Positions 1-10,876 of a DNA stretch of 64,000 nt are shown in pieces. The first letter of the stretch is position 1. Every line of letters begins with the position of its first letter. A program made the translations under genes and the position numbers. The DNA is from Thalia democratica. Its lineage: Eukaryota. The notes below the pieces were generated by a model. It saw nothing but the letters and a program-made list of their open reading frames with translations, did not search any database and was not told the origin of the DNA. The stretch covers positions 1,178,001 to 1,242,000 of the forward strand of contig OZ241829.1 of NCBI GenBank assembly GCA_965202585.1, read 5' to 3'.

Positions 1-1187
1 TAAACTCTTTTATTTTTTCATTATAATAAAAAACGTAGTTCACAGAGTTCGTCACGTAATACGCGTTGGTGCAAGTATCAAAATACTGAGGTCTAAACCT
101 TGTAGTGTTTTCGTAATTACTGAAATTACAAAACTGATTGTTGTTGCTTTTTATTTCATAGTAGGTCCTGTCTGTAATGAACAACTGCTATTAAGAAACT
201 AAATCTGTATTATGTACAATTTAAGCTTAGTAAATATCAAAGCTAAACTTTCAAATTATTTGCTATCTAGATATATTTCAGTTTTTTTTATGTGGAAATG
301 TTAGACATAAAGAACAGGGGGTTTTAAAACAGTTATAGGAAAGTTATGTACCATATTAAGTATTTATTAAACTATATTTTATAACCCAAAAATTAAACGC
401 TGTTTGAAAATAAACTAAACAAATTTAGTCACTTTTTCCGCCTATAACTCTTAACTGATAGTTTATAACTCTTAAATTTTAAGCAAAATTTTAGTATTTT
501 CAATCTTATTTTGATAGAAATATAATAAAGGTTGTTTTCAAAACTATGTATGTTCGTTAGAAAACAGTTACTCATCAAATTAGTTTGTTATATTGTATCA
601 GCTAGGTTACAAAGTTTCAGTGCAGTTTTGTAAAGGAAAAATAAGTTGTGTTAGACAGAAACTTACAAGATTTTTTTTCGTTCGCATCTTTACTGTGAAC
701 CTGACAAGCAAACACCTGAAAAGTTGTTAGATATTAAGATTCAAACTTTTACTTACTTAAAAGTAACTTTCGACTAGAATTTTAAATACTTTGTTTAACT
801 TTTTTTTTATACAAAATATATTTTTGTTATTTCGTGTGTTACAACTTTTTATTTTTTACAAAGTTTAAGTATATCCATGTTTTTTTTATGAAGTTACAAA
901 ACATCTTGTTTTATTTAAACAGTTAATTAATTTAATTAACATTTTTATACTATTTTAATTTTTTTAAGGATAACTGGTGATTGCAAAATAAGTTAGTTTT
1001 AATTTTTTGATCGTTAATTTGAAGCAGAACGAAAGTTGTTTGAAAAATGTCTAAAGTAACTTTTTTTTCAACTTTTACTATACACTTAATTCTTTCGATA
1101 TGTAATTATTTTGTTTTCTTTTTCAAGAAAAACGTATAGAAACTATGGAAAACTTACAAGAATCAAGAAAGCTAGTAATTTCAACAT
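1..1187 (-). CDS. Partial spliced gene for a secreted or membrane protein, possibly ZP-N-like; 3' part lies beyond the window start
   Basis: Exons 1187-1158 (MLKLLAFLIL, donor GTAAGT), 715-667 (VFACQVHSKDANEKKS, acceptor ttttcag, donor GTAAGT, phase 1) and 171-<1 (acceptor cattacag; YRTYYEIKSNNNQFCNFSNYENTTRFRPQYFDTCTNAYYVTNSVNYVFYYNEKIKEF, open to the edge). Phases join, giving a signal peptide MLKLLAFLILVFA and N-glycosylation sequons NFS and NTT. An alternative phase-0 TAG/CAG acceptor exists at 187/184. Confidence 0.62.
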
Positions 1188-1192
1188 TTCAC

Positions 1193-3554
1193 CTAACAAA
1201 ACAAAGGTTTATTCCCAAACTGAATATTTAGTTAAAGCCTGTTTAAACGAAGTTTAGATTAAATTATTTAAAAACACACCTTTGCTCATAAGATCCGTTA
1301 AATAATTTAAGTAAAAATTTATTAAAACTACCAAAAGAAAAAAGAATGATAAATAAAGGTAGAGTTATATTTGAGTGATACAAACAGAAACTAAAAAAAA
1401 CAGTTAATGACATTATTGTAACGAGACAAACTATACAACTTGAACATAAAAAGTAATCATACATGTATAGAGAATTAAAAAAAAATAACCCAATGTAAAA
1501 AAGTCTTTTTTTATTTATTTTAAGATTAACAACTAGTTAATCCTAGAACACTGAAATTATATTCAAATAATGAATTGGTGACTATAACACTTAAGTTTAA
1601 TTTCAATATAAACCTTAACTGTTAGTTAAACTATGTTTCAATTTTAAATAAATATGTGTTTGTACTTTGTAACAAACCAAACTTTCAAACAAACCTTAAG
1701 CTAGCTTACTATAACTTTTATAACACAAACTTATGATAGGCGTCAAATTTATTTTGAAACTAAATATAAATGTGTCTGCTAAAGGTTTTATATGCATTAG
1801 TACTCGTAAAAAATATTTCTGCTCTAAAAATTTTATACTTTCTAAAAATACACATTGTAAAACTAATTTGAGCAATAATACTGATACAAGTTTTATTTTC
1901 GTAAATTGTTAAAAAAATTAACTAAAAATAAACAAATCGTTTGTTTGGTTTTGAAATGTTTTGTATTTACGCATATAAACAACTTGAAGTTATAGTGAGA
2001 CGCTATAAAAAGTCGTGTATCACTAGAAACACAAAAAATGTATTTAATATAAAAGTTGCTTGTAATGCTATGTACAATGTAACAAACAAATTTAATTAAA
2101 GCAAACATGATTAGTTGAATAAACTAGTTTTAAAAACATTTAAAACTTTTTGTAATATGTAACTGAAAAAATAATTTGTAAAAGTTGTAACATTTTCAAA
2201 AAGGTTGGCTAAAACAAAGGTTCACAAACTATTTATTGGAACAAGTTACTTATGATTTAAAAAAACTTAAATTTTTCGTTGCAAATTTTAAGCGTTTTTT
2301 CTTAAATTTTAAAAACGTTATAATACAAATAGTATTAAGAAATTAAGTAGCATAAATTTTTATATAATTTAAGTATAACAAAAGTATTTTTACCATTTTA
2401 GATTTAATCTTTAACAATTTGAACATATGCACCTATAAATTTTCTTATTAGGTTTAAAAATTAGTAGATAAATACGTGCAATTAAAAAAAGACTTTTTTG
2501 TTTTTACATATCGTGTACACAGTATAGAAGCTAGGCTTAAGATTTTAATTATTTTTATACTAAATAGTGTAAATAACTAATAATTAACTTATACTTAAAA
2601 ATTATTACAACAGTTTTTTGCTTTGTTTCTCCGATTTAAAAGCGCAATTGATTTTTGTAAAAAAGTTTTAAGGTTCTTTTAAACTTTTAATAGTTACATA
2701 AAACTTGCTTTTTAAAATATTTTAATACGTGTCTTTAGTATCGGAAATTTTAAAAACTTAAAAAAAACTAGGCACGTTTAACAAGTAAAAACAAGTGTAT
2801 AAAAGTTTGAAAAATATTGTTTTTTAGTTTTATTAGCTGAATTTTTGTCGTTCAATAAATGTTTTTCATCTTCGTTTTACATTTTTACAAAGTTAAATTT
2901 AAATTGTTAGCAAAAACTATAAAAACAAATTATAAAAACAAACTTAAACATTTAAAATTTCTAGTGCTAAATTTTTCATTTAAATATATCCATTTGCTAA
3001 TAGATTAAATAAATAAATCATGTTTTCAAAATTATTTTTATACACCAATAAACCATAACTAACTATTTTTTTTCAGTTACAATGTAAATACCTAATAACT
3101 ACTAGTATTATATTTAAAATCCGATCGTTAGTTTAGAAGTATATTGTTTGTAATCGAAAACTAAGTAAAGATAAAAGTTATATGTTATAACAATCAAGTA
3201 TACAAGTGTTGCAAAATTAAGTTTATTACCGCTATAACTTTTGTGAACAATAAAAAATGTTATGCACCCTGTTTTAAACGTATTCGTAATTTGAACATGT
3301 TCAATTGAAGACCATTTAGCAATAAATAGATTCAAAATAGTTTAGATATTTATTTTCAACGCATAAGTTTATAGAGCTGGTCTATGGCTTTTAAACACTT
3401 TTTAGTAACATGTTTAGTCATATTTTAAACATTTTTTGTTCTTTAAGTACAATTAATCTATCAACTTCATAGATAAGTAAAAACACTAGGTAATCATTTT
3501 ATTTATGTTTACAAATTCCGAAACAAAACAAACTCCCATTAAAAAGCACAATTC
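1193..3554. promoter_or_regulatory. Divergent intergenic region, candidate shared or bidirectional promoter
   Basis: Position only: it lies between the minus-strand ATG exon (acceptor at 1193-1194) and the plus-strand ATG at 3566. No specific elements identified. Confidence 0.3.
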
Positions 3555-3565
3555 ATGAAATCTTC

Positions 3566-3620
3566 ATGATATACAAGTTTCTCCAGTCAGCTGTAATTTT
3601 ATCTACAAGTTTCGCCTTAG
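3566..3620 (+). CDS. ZP gene exon 1 (signal peptide)
   Basis: MIYKFLQSAVILSTSFAL-G; phase-1 donor GTCATT (weak) matches the phase of exon 2. Confidence 0.7.
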
Positions 3621-6600
3621 GTCATTTGAGAAAAACTTATCAGTTGTAACGTGCTTTTAGTAAGCACATCACATGCTGTAGAATTGTATACGTTTCAATT
3701 GAAATTAAAGTGATGTTTATTGGAAAGTTATGTGAATGTAGAAAGTAAATGGTGCTTAAGGTTTTATCAAAATTTTTGTGTGTTTTATTTGTTTTGTTTT
3801 TTCGAATAGATTCTATAAAAGGTTAGTTTTGTAAATAATTATGTTTAGTTAAATTGTTATTTGTTTACGTTCTAATTTTTTTTATTACAACATATTTGTT
3901 GCTAAGACGTTTTTTTTTTACTTGTTTAAGTCTAAGTAAGTATATTTTTTAATATAATTTTAAGCCGTTGCTTAAGCTGTTGTGGTAATTATTAATAAGA
4001 TTTGAAAGTTGAGGTAAGTTAGAAAAGTCTTTAAAGTTTTATCTAAAGTATATTTTTACTAGTAATTTTATTTGCTGTAATGTAGTTTAGTAAAATTGAG
4101 ATTTTTATATTTGTTTATTTTGATGTATAAAAAACATTTATTTATCTAAGATATACAAAAGTTTAAAAAAAAAACTATCTGCTTATAAATTTAGATCATT
4201 TAGACAATTACAGAGTACGATTAGAATTAAAAAAATATAGCCGTTTGAGTTTATTGAAAAGCATTTACAATTTTATAACTTATTTTAATAAATTTGAAAC
4301 TTACACTAAAATTAAAATATTTTGTGGTTAAGATTTTGGTCAAAAGTGATATAAGTTTAACTTCAAAAAAGTATAAAACATAGTTTTGATATTTTTATCT
4401 TTTTTTAAACATTAATCAAGTATAACTTCATTTCTTTTTTAACTTTGAAAACTTTAAAATAAAAAACTGCTCACATTCCAAATAGAAAAAGTTAGTTTAG
4501 AATTGATTTTTAAGCTACACATCTGTTTTATTATTTAATATCCTTTATTCTAAATACTTATTTAGACTGTTTGACCATTTTTGAGCGCCAATTTCATTAT
4601 CATGTCCATTAAAGTACAATTGTAAATGCTCTAATTGTATTTATTAAAAGTTTAATGCTTAATTGAAAACTAATTCTTGTTAGAAGGTTTATTTACAACT
4701 TTTTAAAAAGCTCTGTATAATCATAATAGTTAAAAATGACAATTATAATAAAACAACTTATCATTAAGTTTTTGAGTAACTATAGTCACAAAACCTAAGA
4801 ATGCTTTTATTTGTCGGATTAACGAATCAGCTAGTTTACATTTATAAGACTCTGTATAACTAAAAGACTCAAATAAACATTTTTAAGTCAACTATTACAA
4901 ATTTGTAATCTCATTTTGAAAAGCATAGACTCAACTAGTAATAAATAGCTTATTATAAAACACAAACTGTCTTAATTTAACTGCTTTATTTAAAAAAAGA
5001 TAATATGTTATAATAATAGCTGATATGTTGGTATGGAGAAAAATATAAACTGTGTATTTTCTCAATTTTATTATTTCTTAATGTTTACTGTATTAAAATT
5101 GTTGAAGTATATAAACAACATAACTATACAATAGTGTTGACTACTTTTACTGTTAAAACTTTTAAATTAGTTTTTGCTTTGTAAAATAGTATCAGTAATT
5201 TAAAAAGTCTTTTACTTCTCAGGATAATCATTACACAATAATACTCTAAGTATTTTCATGATTAAAGTTTTTAGTTTTTGTTTTTCTTAAAAACTTACAC
5301 AAACACTTAAAATCAATACAATAGAAACATTTTTCTATCAGGAGAATGTGCCACCGACGAAATATGTGTGACGTGTAAACCGGAAACAATCGACGTAATA
5401 CTACCCTATGACGTCATAAAGAACTACGATAAGAATCCGTACCACAAACACTTCTTCTTCAGTAACAAGACAGGGGATTCCTGTGTGGCGCAACCCAGCG
5501 GATATAATGATTTCAAAATGAGTTTGATTTTAGACAGCGAAACTGATTGTGGTACTCTTAAACATGTTAGTTTTGTTGTCAAAAAACTTCAACTTGATTA
5601 TTTTTGCTTCTAATTATTTTTAAAGTAAAAAGTAAAACTTTAAGAACATGAGACAAGTTATTCTACTAGTTAATGTAATTCTACTAGTTCTGTTGTTAAT
5701 ACAAGTTTCTTTCAACCTCTTCTAATATTTTAGTGCAAAGATAGTCATTATTGCTAACTTGGTCTAGTATATTGGTTTATTAAACGACAAAAAATGCGCT
5801 TATAAAATTTGTTTTCTAAGGACATGGTATAAGAAAGAACCTTTCGGTTATCGGGTCGTACACAACGGATACCTTTTAATGTCTTGGCCTCCTACTTTAA
5901 AAAAGTAACTTTTTTCTGATTAATAACTTTTACAGACATCGGAAAAATTAAGAAAGTACGAAAACACAATATATTTCTATAGTACATTGAAAGATGAAAT
6001 TACTTTAATAAAAAATATAACTTGTTTGTACAATGGAGCTGAAAGTTTTGAGGTTATTTCTTCTCATAAATCGTGAGTTGAAACTTATATTTGAAGAATA
6101 TTATTGTAATTTTTGTTGTCTGTTTAATAGAATTGTTTTGAAACTGATTTTTAAAATTCAACTTCTAACTTATTTTCCGTCAATAACAATTGGTTATCAT
6201 TTAAGACTTTTATTATAAACAGTTTATAGTTTTTTTTAAATTTAAGTTAAATTTTTTATATGAATTTACATAATTTCACCATTTGTGTTATTTTTACATT
6301 TAATTTTGTTAAAGTTTTGCCCAAACATAATTTTTTACCAACTATTTAGTTACAATAAGTAAAGTAAGTTTTAAGAAACTTAAACTGTCTTTAACCTGTT
6401 AAATAGATTATACTGTTTTGTTTAGAATTTTGATAAAAATTGAAACATATTTGTTAGTTTTGTTTAGATCAATTTTATAATATTTTATCCTGTTTTTGAA
6501 TGATATTTAAGCTGTTATCTCCCTAGTAAATCATCCTAGTAAATTTATAGGTTGATTTAAGTTTTATTTACGCTCAGGTACTTAAGGTTAGATAATTCAA

Positions 6601-9600
6601 GCTATACTAAACGGTTCAAACCATTTATTATTACTTCATCAAACATCCTATGTAGAAATTTTATTCATAACCAAGCTATACAAGAACATATAAAAACTTT
6701 TTATTTTTTAAATTTGTTTAAAGTTAAAAAAACTGTATATAATGTGTAAACATATGTTTTAAAAAATAAATAGTGGTTTGTTCTTATAAACTTTACAATT
6801 TTTTGACGTCATTAACTTTTATTTACACGAAACTCAAGTAAAGTATTTATTTTAAATTAATCTAAATTGATAAAATCACAAGGTTCTACAAAAATTACGT
6901 ACATTTGTCCTATGATGTTTTTTTAATACTCAAAATATAAATAATGAAATATGTTTGTTACTTAAAAGTATCAAAATAGAACTGTAGTAAAGCTTAAAAT
7001 GTTTATTTACTTAATGTTTTAGAAAATGTTTAAAAATAATTGCTCGTGTGGCTACAAAATAACACTTTTTTTATTACTTTTAACAAAAATATTTTAAAAG
7101 GTTATTAACACTGTTTATAAACTTGTTTTTGGTTTATCATTTTTATAGTTACTATTTTTCAAATGAATGTTTAAAAAGTGATAAAGTTTTAGTTATAAAG
7201 TTATGTTTTGCTTAAACCAATAAATGATGAAACGTAAATAAATTAAAAATTTTTTAGAGATTTACAATACATAAGCAATAAACTTATTTATTACAGTTAA
7301 ATTTTTTAAATGTAGGATTTATGATAGTTTTATTTTAAGACTTGATTTGTTTCATATATAATGAATAACATAATTAATATGTTAATATCACAAGCCGTAT
7401 TTTAACAGAAATAAAGTTAAATAATAATTTTAAGCGATGTTTGTTTTTACAAAGATTTTCTTACTGTCAGGCAAAAAATTTAAATCTTAAAAGTTGTTAA
7501 AATCGTAAGCTTACATTTTATTTAATGTAAAGAAAGTCAATTTTCAATACAGTTCACATGAAACACGAGCTGGTCACAAAGCGTCTCTTCAGATTTTCAG
7601 GGGTCCGTTTTATTCAGACTTGACAAATATCAATCTCATGGCATTTCCATCTTTGAAAGCAAGTTTAAATTTTTACTAAAAAGAAAATTACAAATTTGCA
7701 TAAATAGTTGAACTATTGTGTGTTTAGTACATAAGTTTTCTTATTTTGTTTAAGTAACACAACTTTTTAAATTTTCAAATTTATGTTAGAAATTTCTTCA
7801 GTTTTGAAAAACACAACAAAAAGCATTAAATGTGTGTAAACAAAGTTGAAAATCTTAATAAATAATGTTGATTTTCATCTTTGTTCTTGGCAAAAATAAA
7901 GATTAAGTTTGTACAATTTTACGTGTTGGTAAGACTTACAGTATAATTTATATTAAGACATTTGTTTCAGTTACCAAAATAATATTTTTCTTAGTAACTT
8001 TGTAAAAAAAAGTAAAACCAGTTTATATATTTTTATACCTGTATTAAGTATTGTTTTTTATGTAAATACAGATGTGGTTTTTGTGCATGTATAAAGAAAG
8101 TTTAATTGTTGTTGTTACTAAAACTTGACAACTAAAATTAGTTTTAATGAGCTTGTTTACATGATTTACCAGTATTACTTTTATCAATAAGATATCGTTT
8201 TAAAAAACTTACTCATAAAAGTATTTGAACTATTTGTGTAAAATTAAATATGTAAAAGACTATATAATTTATAACAGTTTAGATATTTATATTTGTACTA
8301 AGTTAACTTTTGTTAAACTTTTGTAACATTTTAAACATTAATACATTTATCTATTTAAAAAACATACTTCCATAATACACTTTCTTACCTTAATTAGATT
8401 ATTTAGAATAGTTATATACACTAGTTATTTTTTACATTTATTTGACAGTGCTTTAAACTAAACACTAATATTAAAGTCTTATATATTTCTAACTTAATAG
8501 TGCTGATAAGAATTATTACGTGTACAAACTATAAATAAATAAAATATATCTAAAACAACATTGAAAAATTTCAGAACAAATTTCCAGCCTACGTTCAAAT
8601 TAAGTTCGAACCAAGACTGGATTTTGTAAACCAGATTAGAGTTGACAAATGTTATGCATCCAGTCCGTTTGAAAATCATACTTTCTTTGACAATAGGTAT
8701 GACTTCCTTGCTAAATTATCAATATTTTTTGCGGTTTTTGTTTTATGTTATTTGTAATTTAAGAACTTTAAAATCATAGTTAGTAGTTTTTGGTTAATAG
8801 TACCAGTTTAGTTTCATTCAATTTTTAGTTTTCTTCTAAAATGATAAAAATACTATGTTCAAATGGATAAACAATTTTCTAAGCTTTGATAATTAACAGT
8901 ATTTTAAAACTTGAATAGTTACCTAAGTAACGTATGTTTACTAGTACATTTTATTATACATAAGTTTAATTTTATGCATGGTACTAACTAAAAGACTTGC
9001 AATAACATTTACAAAAACCAGGTATATATATTTTACATAATAAATAAGTGTTTGCAGTACTACTTTTTTTTCATAGTAAGAGCATAATTTTAATTCTCTT
9101 AACTACAGCTATAAACCTTCTTTTTAAGTTTAATTCTAATAGCACACTTATTAAAGTACCTATTTTTTTTGTACTTTTTGTTCTTAAGTGTTAAACTGAT
9201 AATACAATTCAACGCAGTTTTAGCAAGCTTGTCAAAGATTTTAACGAAGTAATTTTAGTGATATCAGGAATATAAGCATACTAAGAACATAAATTAAAGA
9301 AGTTAAAAATCATTAGTTATCTATGCAATAAATTAATAAGTTAAAATATTTCCAGTTGCACCAGCGATAATGACGCAACAGTGGAACTTGTTGAGAATAT
9401 ACAGGATCACTACAGATGGAAATTTGACATGTTCAAGTTCAAGTATTACGTCACAAGAGTCAATTACATCACTTGTATCATGACGTCATGTGAAACCGCT
9501 GGAGAATGCGCTGAAACTATAGTAAGTTTTTATTGTTTAGAACAAACTTATATGCGCGTTATCCATTGGAATATTTTAGAACTATGATTAGAGTATGATT

Positions 9601-10754
9601 TTTTAAATACTTAAAAACTGATTATTTACATTCAAACAAGTCAAACCTGCTGAATCTTTTAAGTAAGTCTATCTTCAAACTCTAAGTTAAATAAACTTCT
9701 GTAAAAAAAAACTTTGAAGAAAAAAAAAACGAGTTAATATGGCATATAAATTTTGTAAAAATACTAATCCTTACAGAACAACCAAACGTGCTCAAACACG
9801 ACATCGTACCAACATTCAGATTTTCAACTTTCGTACGGACCCTACTTTCTGGATCTTACTGGGATTTTTAGCGAGGTGAAATCTCACAATGATGAGGAAA
9901 TTGCAGAGACTCTTGAATATAACAGAAACTTGAATTCAACTGAACAAGGTTGATTTTTTTACTCTGTTTAGTTAAAGTTTAGTTAAAGTTCTGATTTATC
10001 ATCATGTATGTAATGAAGTATATATAAGCCTAAGTGTTGCTTAAACAATGAAAAACTTGATTAAGTTTTTTTAAACTTTTTGATTGTAATGGGGACTTGT
10101 GTGTATAAATTTATAACGTTGTTTTTAAAATGGGCTTTTAGTCTTTAGCGTTGTAAGGACTGTTATATTTTGTATTAAAACTTGTATTCATAAAACTTGC
10201 TGGATAAGTTCTCAACAAGCATGTATTGAAAATAAAATTCTTCTTTCTTTTTAGACTGTAGAAATGTTACAAACTTACTTGAACATTTTATAGCCTAAAA
10301 ACATTTTCATCAATGAAAATAAAAATTCACTTTTTAACTCAAACAATTTACTGTAAGATGGCGCCCACTTGCGACAAGCAGCCATAGCGGCAGGGGTGGT
10401 GAGCGGGACCTTCTTCCTGGTTGCCATGGCAGCAATCGTGCACGTTGTCAGGCAGAAGTGTCACGTGGTATTCAGACCAAGCATCAGTTTCAAGGAGGAC
10501 AGAATCCAGCCTGGATTCGCGTTTGTACTGAGTTGGTTTTTGTATTTGATGTTTATATTTTTACATTTTGAATATCAGTTTGCAAAAATGTACCTTTTAA
10601 TTTGTTATAACTAACTTGATTTTCAGGTTATTTTTTGTATTATTTTGTATTTATTAAAACTCTATCATTTTCAGGATCTTCAAATGACGTTCCCCTTGTT
10701 GATTTCGAGAACGGAGACCCAAGCAATCAGAAAAACTATAATTCCTTAAACTAA
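3566..10754 (+). CDS. ZP (zona pellucida) module type I transmembrane protein, 9 exons, 411 aa
   Basis: Exons 3566-3620, 5342-5565, 5936-6072, 7553-7658, 8575-8696, 9356-9521, 9777-9948, 10358-10531 and 10675-10754 sum to 1236 nt with all phases compatible. Signal peptide MIYKFLQSAVILSTSFALG. ZP-N Cys1-4 (VTCKPETIDV, DSCVAQ, TDCGT, YENTIY..ITCLY). ZP-C motifs (AYVQIK, RVDKCYAS, DNSCTSD, WKFDMFKF, ITCIMTSC..GEC..QTC). EHP-like SYGPYFL, TM helix AAIAAGVVSGTFFLVAMAAIVHVV, tail ending NYNSLN*. The donor at 10532 is the least certain junction. Confidence 0.88.
5342..5565 (+). CDS. ZP gene exon 2 (ZP-N, Cys1-3)
   Basis: ttttctatcag acceptor; ECATDEICVTCKPETIDVILP...SCVAQ...DCGTLKH; donor GTTAGT; overlaps track ORF 5368-5613. 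Confidence 0.9.
5936..6072 (+). CDS. ZP gene exon 3 (ZP-N end)
   Basis: ttttacag acceptor; TSEKLRKYENTIYFYSTLKDEITLIKNITCLYNGAESFEVISSHK; donor GTGAGT, phase 2. Confidence 0.85.
7553..7658 (+). CDS. ZP gene exon 4 (linker and ZP-C start)
   Basis: aatacag acceptor; SHETRAGHKASLQIFRGPFYSDLTNINLMAFPSLK; ends at a GC donor (AAA|GCAAGT). Confidence 0.82.
8575..8696 (+). CDS. ZP gene exon 5 (ZP-C)
   Basis: atttcag acceptor; NKFPAYVQIKFEPRLDFVNQIRVDKCYASSPFENHTFFDN; donor GTATGA, phase 2. Confidence 0.88.
9356..9521 (+). CDS. ZP gene exon 6 (ZP-C)
   Basis: tttccag acceptor; CTSDNDATVELVENIQDHYRWKFDMFKFKYYVTRVNYITCIMTSCETAGECAETI; donor GTAAGT. Confidence 0.9.
9777..9948 (+). CDS. ZP gene exon 7 (last ZP Cys, EHP, stalk)
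   Basis: ccttacag acceptor; NNQTCSNTTSYQHSDFQLSYGPYFLDLTG...NSTEQ; donor GTTGAT, phase 1. Confidence 0.82.
10358..10531 (+). CDS. ZP gene exon 8 (transmembrane helix)
   Basis: GAHLRQAAIAAGVVSGTFFLVAMAAIVHVVRQK...; GC-rich island; the donor GTTGGT was chosen for phase compatibility. Confidence 0.8.
10675..10754 (+). CDS. ZP gene exon 9 (cytoplasmic tail and stop)
   Basis: cattttcag acceptor; SSNDVPLVDFENGDPSNQKNYNSLN*. The phase-0 frame is also open for 24 codons, so the frame is not proven. Confidence 0.65.
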
Positions 10755-10870
10755 TTAGTTTTCACTTTTTAAAGAATTATTGTTTTTGTTTTTAAAAGTT
10801 TCAACTAGAAAAATTTCAAAATCACAGCATTTTATTAAACTGAATCATAAACTTTTTGTTCAAAATTTTA

Positions 10871-10876
10871 AATAAA
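10871..10876 (+). terminator. Candidate polyadenylation signal of the ZP gene
   Basis: First AATAAA I noticed after the stop codon (about 117 nt downstream); the hexamer is common in this AT-rich DNA. Confidence 0.3.

Noticed and set aside
1264-1464. 66-aa hydrophobic minus-strand ORF as first exon of the left-edge gene
   Set aside because: Composition is typical of random T-rich sequence; the exon at 1187-1158 gives a cleaner signal peptide with a consensus donor.
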